Of a stretch of 64,000 bases of DNA, positions 39,097 through 48,728 are shown in pieces. Position 1 is the first letter of the stretch. Every line of letters begins with the position of its first letter. A program made the translations under genes and the position numbers. The stretch comes from Candidatus Poribacteria bacterium (GTDB taxonomy: Bacteria; Poribacteria; WGA-4E; UBA9662). Location: contig JAYGDX010000068.1 in the NCBI GenBank assembly GCA_046582655.1, positions 53,978-117,977 on the forward strand. Direction: 5' to 3'. The notes beneath the pieces were generated by a model. That model saw only the letters and a list, made by a program, of their open reading frames with translations, searched no databases and had not been told where the DNA came from.

Positions 39097-40176
39097 TCAT
39101 CTTCTACTCAAAATGCTGATTGCAACAGAGGAGACCGAAATGAAGCTGAAAATCAGAGACCAGTTCACATCAAATTTCTTGGGGATTTCAACTGAATCTC
39201 CGGGATGAATTAGAATTTTTGAATCATTATCGTCACCAAGCGCAACCTGTTCAACTTGGCCGTTTGGTCTGCGAATTGTCACTTCTGTTCGATTGGCTTT
39301 TTCAGTTGACCCACCAGCCAATGCAACTGCTTGCTGGATTGTTATGGGTGCGCGTATTTTATGTGCGCCAGGTTGATGGACGTACCCAAGCACATAAATC
39401 CGATCGACTTTATAAGCGTTCGGAACATACAATACGTCACCATTTTGCAAATAATAACTCTCATTTTCATCTTTGTTGAGATCCTTCCAAAATTGCTCAG
39501 AAACCTCAATCTCGATTTGGTGTCCATTCGATTTCCCAATCACGAGCTTTGAAAGATCCGCTTCATCATAAATCGGGCCTCCAGCACGGGTCAGGGCGTG
39601 ATCAATTCTAATCCGTTGCCGGATTAATATTTTGCTAGGAGTCTGTACCTGTCCCTGTACTTCAACTTGAGCCAACGTTGGCACGAAGACCAAGTCTCCG
39701 CTTTGAACCGCCACATAATGGTAATCAGTACCAGGCGAGAGGTCCAATGTTTCTATTGTTTGATCCCGTCGAATGACCTGCACCTTATGAAAATCCCCAG
39801 TCTCAAGCATACCACCTGCCAATGCAATCGCTCGCTGAAGACCAATTTCTTGCTGAGAATTCAATGGATAGCGCCCAGGTAATCGCACTGCTCCACCAAC
39901 AAAAATATCTTGTGTCGAAGTGACAGTCAGCATAATAATTGGATTCTTCAGCAAGCCCTGTTGGGTAAGGTGATCATAGACCCGATAACGAATTTCATCT
40001 GTTGTTTCCCCTTTTACTTTGATGTCTTTGCCAAAATAGCTAATCATCCCGTCTGGTCGGACTTTTACTGTTTGCTTAAATTCAGGCTGACCGAGAACAA
40101 AGATCATAATCTCGTCACCGACCTGAGCCTGATAAGCATCAGCAAATAGAAGGTTGGGAATCAAGATGCATGTCAA
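39097..40176 (-). CDS. Polysaccharide export protein (Wza-like: Poly_export plus SLBB domains), start uncertain
   Basis: GDEIMIFVLGQPEF...VRPDGMISYF (Poly_export). Repeated SLBB-like units (VGGAVRLPGRYPL, VQGQVQTPSKILI, VLGYVHQPGAHKI) each followed by a ...A(I/L)(A/T).AGG motif. C-terminal TM. The only in-frame start after the upstream stop is TTG 40176, which leaves a truncated signal peptide. Confidence 0.7.
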   Translation of the reverse strand: MTCILIPNLLFADAYQAQVGDEIMIFVLGQPEFKQTVKVRPDGMISYFGKDIKVKGETTDEIRYRVYDHLTQQGLLKNPIIMLTVTSTQDIFVGGAVRLPGRYPLNSQQEIGLQRAIALAGGMLETGDFHKVQVIRRDQTIETLDLSPGTDYHYVAVQSGDLVFVPTLAQVEVQGQVQTPSKILIRQRIRIDHALTRAGGPIYDEADLSKLVIGKSNGHQIEIEVSEQFWKDLNKDENESYYLQNGDVLYVPNAYKVDRIYVLGYVHQPGAHKIRAPITIQQAVALAGGSTEKANRTEVTIRRPNGQVEQVALGDDNDSKILIHPGDSVEIPKKFDVNWSLIFSFISVSSVAISILSRR

Positions 40177-40640
40177 AAAAAACGCTAAAGTTTCACTCGT
40201 TTTCAGCTTAAAAATCCTCGTTTTTCAGAATTTTAAATGAAGCAAGATACTTTCTAATAACTATGCTGGCCCATGCAAAACCACTGTTTGGCGCCAAAAC
40301 TCTCCCCAGTTTCCGTTAGCAGATAAATCACCCAATACATTGTCGAAAGCGATAAGTTGATGAGATTTTACTTTGATTTTCTCATTTTCGGGAATTCCTT
40401 GAATTATGTATCCGTCTATTTCGCTGGGAATGTGGGCTACAAGTTGCCAGTCAACTAATACAGGCTTTATCGCTTGGTTAGAGGTTGATCAACTAGATTG
40501 ACATTAAGTCCGTATGGGTTTGAGGATACCAGAACGATACTCGTCTTTACACTATGAACAATATACCATAATTCCGCATCCTACCTCGAGGGTCATTCAT
40601 CGAAATTATATCTCAAAATCGAATTGGAAGGCTAAAACAG

Positions 40641-41876
40641 CTACTTGCCAAGAAGATCTAATAGGGCATTTGTTGTTATAGAACCGATCTGTGACCCAAT
40701 CGACATGGATTTCTCGTACTCGTAAAGTTCCTTCTCATAATCCTCAGTAGCCAAGATATAACCAAGTTCATCATTAGCCAGCCCCAAAATGAAGTTGTAA
40801 TCCGTTGTCATGCTGTTCTTAATGCGAAAACCGAGTTTGGGTAAGACCTCACCGGGAAAGGTTGCAATCTGGGCATTCCCGATCTCAATTAGATGAACTT
40901 CGGTATGGATATTGCCGTTTACAGGCATTTCTTTCGGCAAGATACCCAAGTTCATAAGTGCTTGAAATTGTTGGTTTTCGAGGGGGATTTCAAGTGTTTT
41001 AAATGAGTGTTGGATTTTGGGATTAACCTGCTTTTCGGCCGACTCAGCTGCTTCAACCGCTTTTTGGGCGACGATCCCACCAATTCGTTCAACTTCCTCA
41101 AAAGTGTTAAACTGATTGTTGGTTGTGATCATTCCTCCTAGGGCACCATTAATAAAAAGTGTTATTCCACCGATTTTTTCATCACATTCACGGTAAACGA
41201 CACCTGGATATTCTGCTGTCAGCAACAGGCTGTCAGACCACATAATTTCAGGGTGTGCAGTAAAGTTTACCATTGTAGCTATCGTTTCTCCGTTGGTGCG
41301 GTCGACCTTGATTACTCCAAGTTCGCGATCGATTAAATCCGGTTCTCGTACATTTCGTGATACCCGATCTGATTCTTCTATTTGCGATGCTCCAAACGAG
41401 ATTTCAGCAAGTTCGAGATTCTCGCTTGCGTCTTTAATAGCGGAAGCAATCTGGTTATAGAGAAAATCCGTGTAGTCTGGATCCACGCCAGAGTGGGATT
41501 CGCTCTCTCCCCAGAGCCCAATTGTGTCGGGACCAGAATGCTGATGTGTTGAGGTAATAATCACATTTTCAGCCGAGGATCCAATCAACGTGGCCCGATT
41601 TCGAATCTCAGCAATAGCAGAAGACGTTAGGCCAATCAAGTCGGTAGATACAAATCCAACCCGTGTTTGGCCATCATCAAGAATCAGGCATCGTGCAAAA
41701 AGATCGTCATGAACGCCCTGACTCAAGCGATTGTTCCGCAATCCGGCAAGATAAGCGGAACTTTGAGGTGTAATAATTCGGCTGCTTGCCCCCGCTTGAA
41801 GCAACGCGGATGAACTCTGTGTATTCAATAAAACTAAAGCGATCATAAGTGATGCAATGAATCCAGTTTGAGTCAT
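40641..41876 (-). CDS. Neutral/alkaline ceramidase-like secreted hydrolase
   Basis: ATG 41876 follows AAGGTGG. Signal peptide. AGASSRIITP, GVHDDLFARCLILDDG, VSTDLIGL and STHQHSGPD resemble the neutral ceramidase N-terminal domain. Confidence 0.65.
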   Translation of the reverse strand: MTQTGFIASLMIALVLLNTQSSSALLQAGASSRIITPQSSAYLAGLRNNRLSQGVHDDLFARCLILDDGQTRVGFVSTDLIGLTSSAIAEIRNRATLIGSSAENVIITSTHQHSGPDTIGLWGESESHSGVDPDYTDFLYNQIASAIKDASENLELAEISFGASQIEESDRVSRNVREPDLIDRELGVIKVDRTNGETIATMVNFTAHPEIMWSDSLLLTAEYPGVVYRECDEKIGGITLFINGALGGMITTNNQFNTFEEVERIGGIVAQKAVEAAESAEKQVNPKIQHSFKTLEIPLENQQFQALMNLGILPKEMPVNGNIHTEVHLIEIGNAQIATFPGEVLPKLGFRIKNSMTTDYNFILGLANDELGYILATEDYEKELYEYEKSMSIGSQIGSITTNALLDLLGK

Positions 41877-41933
41877 TAATCCCACCTTTGAGATTTAGAT
41901 CTGTATCAACAATTCTGGAAGAAACTTATGGAT

Positions 41934-42914
41934 TTAAGATGTTGTCCTTCTCCGCGAAATTAGACCGTAAAGTCCAACTGGCAAACAGTAAATGAGTATA
42001 ATAATATGCAAGCTGAATGCAGTAACAAACGCAACTTCTTTTGTGGTTCCAAAGTGAATCAGCGCCCAGGAAAACGGGGCTTCGATTGTACCAAAATTCC
42101 CAATACTCTGGATTGGTAACAGATTAAAAATATTTGTGAACACCAGAGCAAAGATCAGGTTTATTACTGGAACCTTCACTCCCATTTCAACAATTAAGTA
42201 GATCTGAAATCCAAAGCGGATAACCACGTTGACAATCGAGTACACCCAAGTCAGCAAAAAATGTCGATCCAAGCCAGTTGAAAGTAGTTCCTGCATGACT
42301 GCCAGAATCTTTTCAACTATCCATTGAATTGGGCGGAAATTGGAACCTTGAAACCAATTCTTAACAGTTTCGATTAAACGAGTTAATGCCTTCCGAGCAA
42401 AAAGTGCTGATCCGATCACGCTAAGCAGTCCGAGGCCAAATAAAATTGGCACGACAAGAAGCCCAAAATATGAAAATCCCGCCAAATCTGATTTTAGCAG
42501 AAGACTTGTCATGATCATTAATCCAATTAGCAATGTCAAGTCAATTATGCTAGCTAACATTAGCGAAGCCAGACTTTTTGTTTCCATGACCTGCTCTCGT
42601 GATTTCATCAGGAAGATGTACGACAAGTCCCCACTTCGGAAGGGTAAGATATTTCCCCAAAACGTGTGAAGTGCGAATATGGGTAAGAGCTTAAGAATTG
42701 ACCGGTCAATGGCGAGCAACTGGCGAAACCGGATCGTCTTTGCCAAAATAAAAATGCAGTAGAGAACGAATCCAATCAATAGCGTTGAAGGAGGCATCCT
42801 TCTGATTGTCTCTGGTATCCGTCCAATTTCAATTTGGCGTAAGAGCACGAAGCTAACGCAGATAGCAACTAATAATGCTATCACAAATCTAAAGACTTGA
42901 GATCGCGGAATCAC
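41934..42914 (-). CDS. UPF0104/LPG-synthase-TM-type (flippase-like) integral membrane protein
   Basis: GTG start. About 8 TM segments. The early FRFxxLL-type motif (RFRQLL) and overall topology resemble the flippase-like family. Tentative. Confidence 0.45.
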   Translation of the reverse strand: MIPRSQVFRFVIALLVAICVSFVLLRQIEIGRIPETIRRMPPSTLLIGFVLYCIFILAKTIRFRQLLAIDRSILKLLPIFALHTFWGNILPFRSGDLSYIFLMKSREQVMETKSLASLMLASIIDLTLLIGLMIMTSLLLKSDLAGFSYFGLLVVPILFGLGLLSVIGSALFARKALTRLIETVKNWFQGSNFRPIQWIVEKILAVMQELLSTGLDRHFLLTWVYSIVNVVIRFGFQIYLIVEMGVKVPVINLIFALVFTNIFNLLPIQSIGNFGTIEAPFSWALIHFGTTKEVAFVTAFSLHIIILIYCLPVGLYGLISRRRTTS

Positions 42915-43025
42915 AAGATCAGATTATATCATGGATTGCGGGATCTTCAACCCCAATTCCACATTGACATGAACACCCTATTCTGCTATGCTATCCAGAT
43001 ATCTGACAATGGGAGAAAATGAGCG

Positions 43026-45704
43026 TTGGGAGCGAAAAAAAAGTCCGGTTTGATGCAGCAATATAATCGTGTTAAAAACCAATACTCAGACACGATTGTT
43101 CTATGCCGCGTCGGTGATTTTTATGAAGCATTTGGCGAGGACGCTGAGACAATTTCGAGGGTATTAGAAATTGCCCTCACCGCTAGAGATAAGAATACCG
43201 CAGGTACCCCTATCCCTATGGCTGGAGTGCCATATCATTCTCTGGATTCGTACCTTTATAAGCTCGTAAAAGAGGGACACAAGGTCGCGATCGTTGAACA
43301 GATGGAGGATGCCAAACAGGCCACAGGGCTTGTCAAACGGGACGTTGTTCGTGTAGTTACACCAGGAACAGTGACAGATTCAAACGCACTGGATCAAAAA
43401 TCTAACAATTACCTGATTTCTGCTCACCAAATCGGGGACACCTATGGTCTTGCTTCGGTTGATGTTTCAACGGGGGAATTTGCAGTTACGGAATTAGAGG
43501 AACTATCAGATCTCTGGTCGGAAGTTAACCGGATTGGACCAGCGGAATGTCTCTTTTCTGAAGATTTTGAGAATCAGGAGATTTTGGATCAAATTAACAT
43601 CGAATTCAAGGCGACAATTAACTATCTTCCTGACTGGCGTTTCGATCACCAATCAGCTCGGTCTGAATTACTCGATCATTTTAGCATTCTCTCACTTGAT
43701 GGATTTGGATGCGAGAATATGTCAGCAGCAACGTGTGCCGCCGGAGCATTGATCTACTACCTGCATGAAACGCAAAAACAGGAGGTACAGCACATTCAGT
43801 CGCTTCGCACCTACACCACCCATAGCTTCGTGGTCTTGGATGCGGACACTCTGCGAAATCTTGAATTGACACAATCAATGCGAGATGGCTCATCGAAAGG
43901 GACCCTGTTGGAAATGCTGGATCAGACCATGACTTCGATGGGGGCACGTTGCCTGAAACAATGGCTACTCCAGCCACATCTGAAAACAGATTCAATTAAT
44001 CAAAGGCTTGAGGCCGTCGACGAGCTAAAGAGTCGGATTTCGCTGCAGGAAGAACTGCGTGAAGCATTAAGACAGATGTATGATATCCAACGTTTAATCT
44101 CCCGTATCAGCCTGGGGACTGCAAACGCGCGCGAAGTGCTGGCATTGAAAGATTCTCTGAGACTTATTCCTTCAGTCAAACTACAACTTGAAGACTGTTC
44201 CGCCCCGTTTTTGATAGATCTGAATCAACAACTTGATCCGATGACGGATCTGGCTGACCTGATTGATAATGCGATTCACCCGGAACCGCCAGTAACTATT
44301 CAGGAAGGAAATATCATACGCGATGGTTACAGTGAGGAACTTGATGGTCTAAGAGAAATCACACTATCTGGAAAGGATTGGATAGCTGAATTGCAACAAG
44401 CTGAACGCGAGCGCACAGGCATCGGTTCGTTGAAAATTGGGTATAATCAAGTTTTCGGCTACTATATTGACGTAACCAAACCCAACCTCAATCTTGTACC
44501 TGATCACTATATTCGCAAACAAACGCTAACCAATTCTGAAAGATTCATTACGCCGGATTTGAAAGAGCGTGAGTCACAAATCCTGAATGCGGAAGAACGG
44601 ATTCATCAGCTTGAATACGATCTCTTTTGTGATATACGAAACCAGATTTCGAGTCGGACCAATTGTATACAACGAATCGCGTCTGCCATATCGATGGTCG
44701 ATGTGATCGCTAATTTCGCCTACATTGCTTCAAAATATGACTACTCAAAGCCAATTATCAATGATAGCAGTGATTTAATCATCGAAAACGGCCGCCATGC
44801 CGTGGTAGAGCAATTGTTTACCGGGGAGGGGTTTGTACCCAACAACACAGAACTCAATTGTACCGATCAGCAGATGCATATCATTACCGGTCCAAACATG
44901 AGTGGTAAATCGACTTATCTCCGCCAAACAGCGCTGATTGTATTGCTGGCTCAAATAGGATGTTTTGTGCCAGCATCGGCAGCCAAGATTGGTGTGGTCG
45001 ATAGGATCTTTACGCGTGTTGGTGCGTCGGATAATCTCGTTATGGGACAAAGCACATTCTTAGTTGAAATGAATGAAACTGCAAATATTCTTAACAATGC
45101 GACATCCAAAAGTTTGATTATTCTTGACGAGATCGGCCGTGGGACCAGCACATTCGATGGATTAAGTATTGCTTGGGCTGTTGCGGAATATATTCTTGAT
45201 GACAAAAAGATTGGAGCCAAAACCTTATTTGCCACGCATTATCATGAATTAATTGAGCTTGCCGGCAAATATAAGAATGTCAAAAATTATAATGTTGCTG
45301 TACATGAAGACGGCGAAAAAATCACGTTTCTGCGCAAAGTAGTTGGGGGCGGTACCGATCAAAGTTATGGAATTCATGTGGCACGACTTGCCGGGTTACC
45401 ACAGATAGTCATTGATCGGGCTAACCAGATCTTGGCTATACTCGAACAACATAACCTTTCTATAGAAAGCAACCAGGCAGACGACGCTTCTGAACCACCA
45501 ACCAACCTAACAACAAGCGGGATGCCGCGCAAACGAAAGCGAATTTCACGAAAGACCTTTCAAGATGACTCCCTCCAGATGGCGCTATTCACACCTAAAA
45601 CGCATCCAATCGTTGAAGAACTCCAGAATCTTGATCTAAATCAACTGACACCGATGGAAGCACTAAATTTGATCTACCAGCTGAAAGCAAGGGCCGTAAG
45701 CTAA
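43026..45704 (+). CDS. mutS: DNA mismatch repair protein MutS
   Basis: LMQQYNRVKNQYSDTIVLCRVGDFYEAFGEDA, Walker A GPNMSGKST, ILDEIGRGTSTFDG and ATHYHEL. Start TTG 43026 or ATG 43053. Confidence 0.95.
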   Translation: MGAKKKSGLMQQYNRVKNQYSDTIVLCRVGDFYEAFGEDAETISRVLEIALTARDKNTAGTPIPMAGVPYHSLDSYLYKLVKEGHKVAIVEQMEDAKQATGLVKRDVVRVVTPGTVTDSNALDQKSNNYLISAHQIGDTYGLASVDVSTGEFAVTELEELSDLWSEVNRIGPAECLFSEDFENQEILDQINIEFKATINYLPDWRFDHQSARSELLDHFSILSLDGFGCENMSAATCAAGALIYYLHETQKQEVQHIQSLRTYTTHSFVVLDADTLRNLELTQSMRDGSSKGTLLEMLDQTMTSMGARCLKQWLLQPHLKTDSINQRLEAVDELKSRISLQEELREALRQMYDIQRLISRISLGTANAREVLALKDSLRLIPSVKLQLEDCSAPFLIDLNQQLDPMTDLADLIDNAIHPEPPVTIQEGNIIRDGYSEELDGLREITLSGKDWIAELQQAERERTGIGSLKIGYNQVFGYYIDVTKPNLNLVPDHYIRKQTLTNSERFITPDLKERESQILNAEERIHQLEYDLFCDIRNQISSRTNCIQRIASAISMVDVIANFAYIASKYDYSKPIINDSSDLIIENGRHAVVEQLFTGEGFVPNNTELNCTDQQMHIITGPNMSGKSTYLRQTALIVLLAQIGCFVPASAAKIGVVDRIFTRVGASDNLVMGQSTFLVEMNETANILNNATSKSLIILDEIGRGTSTFDGLSIAWAVAEYILDDKKIGAKTLFATHYHELIELAGKYKNVKNYNVAVHEDGEKITFLRKVVGGGTDQSYGIHVARLAGLPQIVIDRANQILAILEQHNLSIESNQADDASEPPTNLTTSGMPRKRKRISRKTFQDDSLQMALFTPKTHPIVEELQNLDLNQLTPMEALNLIYQLKARAVS

Positions 45705-45852
45705 TTCTCAATCAAACAATTAACAAATATTGAGGCTGTTTTCGAGCAGACTGATCAGTAGGACTTTTCTTTGACAGTTTATATAAATCAATGATAAGAT
45801 ACCTCGGCTAAGTCCATTCTAAAAAAACAGGAAAACTTTGTGAGGAAGTAGG

Positions 45853-47238
45853 ATGCCAGTTGTTATACCACGTCTCATCGTTGAGGTTTTCGAACACCCT
45901 AATTTTGGTGGTAGAAGAGGGTATATCTTCGAGCCGGTCAGTTTTACGGCTGACATCGGGTTTCAAGACAACATTTCTTCGGTGAAGATCTACAAAGGAC
46001 CTAATTTTAAATCCAATCCAAATTATAAGGCTATTCTCCACGAGCACTGGCATTTTCAAGGACGGAAACTTGTACTGGGTCCAGGCTTCTATCCTAATCT
46101 TCATGATATGATTTATAACTTTACAGATAATATTTCATCAATCAATTTTGGATCCGTCTTGGAAACGGCTGGACCTGAGTGGGGAACGGTGCCGCTAATT
46201 GTCGAGTGTTATGAACACGCAGAGTTTCAAGGACGAAAGATAACCATCTTGCGTGATATTGCGCACACAGGGAACCTAGGTTTGCATGATATGATCTCTT
46301 CTGTTCGTATCTTCAAGGGACCGGACTTCCCGCGTGAGGGAGCGAATGTCGCGTTTTTTGAACATGTCGATTTTGAAGGCGCCCAGTTTTCGATAAGAAT
46401 GGAGCCCATGGATTATAAGAAAGAAATACCAAATTTCGCCTTTCTCCCAGGTCGTTTCAATGATGTTGTATCTTCTATCAAAATAGAGGGCTGGTCATCG
46501 TCATCTGAGTTTAACGAAATTGTGTTTGAGGACGAATTTATTGGTAATGATATGCGGCCGGAGTGGAGATGGGAAGATCCCGGTGGTGGTGGAGCTTGGT
46601 CGGAGCGTCAAGGGTACTTGGAGATGCGTGCTGATCCGGGACAGGATCTCTGGCATGGTAGTCCTCCGGGTAGCGGTGGAAACATGGAAGCACCTCGCTT
46701 GTTGATGGATGCATCAGGCGACTTTGCCATTGAGTGTCGGCTCCGCGTGTCTCCAGATTTGAAGGAGCATGGTGGGCTTATTGTCTGGAAAGGTCCGCAT
46801 TCGTTTGTTAGACTCGAGAAAACTTCGGGCCCGCATGGTTTTAGAGGCGACGTTAGATTTGAAAGACACGTTAATCGTGTCTATTCCTTGGTTGGGCGAG
46901 GAGCTGGTTTGGTTAACGTTAGGGAACTCTATCTCAAACTTGAAAGACGCGGCAACCAGTTCTTAGGTTATGCTAGTCCTGACGGTACCCGTTGGTTGAG
47001 TTGCGGACAAACAAACGTTGGTATGGGAGATCCCGTTCACGTCGGTTTGCATACTCTCTGTCCAGGTAATATTCCGCCAACTCTCACGCGTTTTGAGTAT
47101 TTCCGGCTATTTAAGCGAAGAGGTGAAGCGATTAAATATGGCCTAAGAACGGCTCTGGACGCTCGTCAGATGACCGATCACGAAAGAGAAAGACTAGATC
47201 AGCGACAAAGAGCACGCGCAATGCGTGACCTGGTTTAG
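45853..47238 (+). CDS. Cytoplasmic beta-gamma-crystallin protein (four Greek-key motifs) with a C-terminal ConA-like/DUF1349-like domain
   Basis: Four (Y/F)xxxxFxG motifs (FEHPNFGG, HEHWHFQG, YEHAEFQG, FEHVDFEG). Each is followed by a D/N-x-(I/V)SS(V/I) motif (DNISSVKI, DNISSINF, HDMISSVRI, NDVVSSIKI). The C-terminal WRWEDPGGGGAW...APRLL...GDFAIECRL...GGLIVW resembles DUF1349. No signal peptide. Confidence 0.75.
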   Translation: MPVVIPRLIVEVFEHPNFGGRRGYIFEPVSFTADIGFQDNISSVKIYKGPNFKSNPNYKAILHEHWHFQGRKLVLGPGFYPNLHDMIYNFTDNISSINFGSVLETAGPEWGTVPLIVECYEHAEFQGRKITILRDIAHTGNLGLHDMISSVRIFKGPDFPREGANVAFFEHVDFEGAQFSIRMEPMDYKKEIPNFAFLPGRFNDVVSSIKIEGWSSSSEFNEIVFEDEFIGNDMRPEWRWEDPGGGGAWSERQGYLEMRADPGQDLWHGSPPGSGGNMEAPRLLMDASGDFAIECRLRVSPDLKEHGGLIVWKGPHSFVRLEKTSGPHGFRGDVRFERHVNRVYSLVGRGAGLVNVRELYLKLERRGNQFLGYASPDGTRWLSCGQTNVGMGDPVHVGLHTLCPGNIPPTLTRFEYFRLFKRRGEAIKYGLRTALDARQMTDHERERLDQRQRARAMRDLV

Positions 47239-47262
47239 GGCTATTAGGCTGAGGGAATTATT

Positions 47263-48702
47263 ATGGCATTAGCACCTCGATTGGTTGTTGAGGTCTTTGA
47301 GCATGTCAACTACCAAGGACGCAAGGTAACGGTCATTGATTCTGTTGTAAATACGGAGGAAATAGGGGTTCAGGATATTATTTCCTCCATTAAGATTTAC
47401 AAGGGACCGGGTTTTAGAGCCTCGCCGAATTACAAGGCGATATTTCATGAGCATGCTAATCATCAGGGGAGAAAACTCATCCTGGCGCCTGGCTATTATC
47501 CGAGCATCCACGAAATCCCATACAATTTTGGCGATGTCATTTCGTCAATCAGTTTTACTCCTGCCGCTAATCCTACACCGCCGGAATATGGTGCTATACC
47601 GCTTGTTGTCCAAGTTTATCGTGATATCGATTTTCACGGTAAAAGGGGAGTGATTATGCGGGATGTAAGTGATTTTCGCGAGATTGGGCTGGACAATTCA
47701 GTCTCTTCGATTCAAATACAGCGTGGTCCAAATTTTCCTTTTGGCGGCTGTCGTGCGATTTTCTACCAGCAACCCAATTTTGAGGGCCAGCGTTTGACCG
47801 TCCCGTTGGGGCCAAGAGAATTCCAAGTTAGGCTTCGAAATTTGCACGATGCTAGAAGTTTGCATAACGCGGCTCAACCTTTTTCAAACATAGTCTCCTC
47901 CGTCAAAGTAGTTCCTGTTGGTTCCTTCCGTGTTCTTGTTGTTGTTGCTGATAATCGTACAAATGAACCTGCCGTTCTGGAGTCGCTGGTCGATATGGAA
48001 GGTCACGAATTTGAGTACACGATTGTTAACATCAACCCAAACCCTGATAATTATGGGGATTCTAATAACGCCACTAAACTTTCCAGCGTTATACTTTCTG
48101 AGTATGATATTGTTTGGTTTACTTGGAATGGCCCGGCGCACGATCGTGAGTATTTTGTTGAGGACTCAGATCACGCAATTCGTGAGTTCGTTAGGCAAGG
48201 AGGAATCGTTTGGGCATCAGCGATGGATGACAATATTGTGCCGCCTGACGGGGTCCATACACACGAATCCAGCTGGCGCGGTGACTGGTTACCAGTCGAT
48301 CAGTATCCAATCCGTGTGGTGAATGCGGGGGATGTCAAAGCTAACGTCACGCGTGAAGGACATCAAACTGGTTTATTCGCTTGGCCTCACAAGATAGATG
48401 TGAATGCTTTGGTGCTAGATGATCATTGGGTTACCGAAGAGCCCGAGTATGTTAGGCTTGCAGTCCATGGTGATGATAATAATGCCCCCATAGGATTTCA
48501 ACTCCGCTATGGAGATGGATATTATGTTGCTTTTGCAATTGACACTCGCGATGCGATGAAAACAGCAATGGCAAAGACACTAATTGAAAATGCTCTCTGT
48601 TACTTGGCAAACCTGGCTTGGCAAACTTCGCCTCGTCAACCGTTGAAAGGACGATCCCGCTCAATGCCGAGTTCTAGGGCTTGGCGTTCGGTCATGAGAT
48701 GA
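47263..48702 (+). CDS. Cytoplasmic beta-gamma-crystallin protein (four Greek-key motifs) with a C-terminal GATase1-like/ThuA-like domain (tentative)
   Basis: FEHVNYQG, HEHANHQG, YRDIDFHG and YQQPNFEG, with QDIISSIKI, GDVISSISF, DNSVSSIQI and SNIVSSVKV. The C-terminal FRVLVVVADN...LSEYDIVWFTWNG...FVRQGGIVWASAMDD resembles class-I amidotransferase-like folds. It lies 24 nt after its paralog. Confidence 0.7.
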   Translation: MALAPRLVVEVFEHVNYQGRKVTVIDSVVNTEEIGVQDIISSIKIYKGPGFRASPNYKAIFHEHANHQGRKLILAPGYYPSIHEIPYNFGDVISSISFTPAANPTPPEYGAIPLVVQVYRDIDFHGKRGVIMRDVSDFREIGLDNSVSSIQIQRGPNFPFGGCRAIFYQQPNFEGQRLTVPLGPREFQVRLRNLHDARSLHNAAQPFSNIVSSVKVVPVGSFRVLVVVADNRTNEPAVLESLVDMEGHEFEYTIVNINPNPDNYGDSNNATKLSSVILSEYDIVWFTWNGPAHDREYFVEDSDHAIREFVRQGGIVWASAMDDNIVPPDGVHTHESSWRGDWLPVDQYPIRVVNAGDVKANVTREGHQTGLFAWPHKIDVNALVLDDHWVTEEPEYVRLAVHGDDNNAPIGFQLRYGDGYYVAFAIDTRDAMKTAMAKTLIENALCYLANLAWQTSPRQPLKGRSRSMPSSRAWRSVMR

Positions 48703-48728
48703 TAGGAAAGAAGTATCAGGAGAAATAA

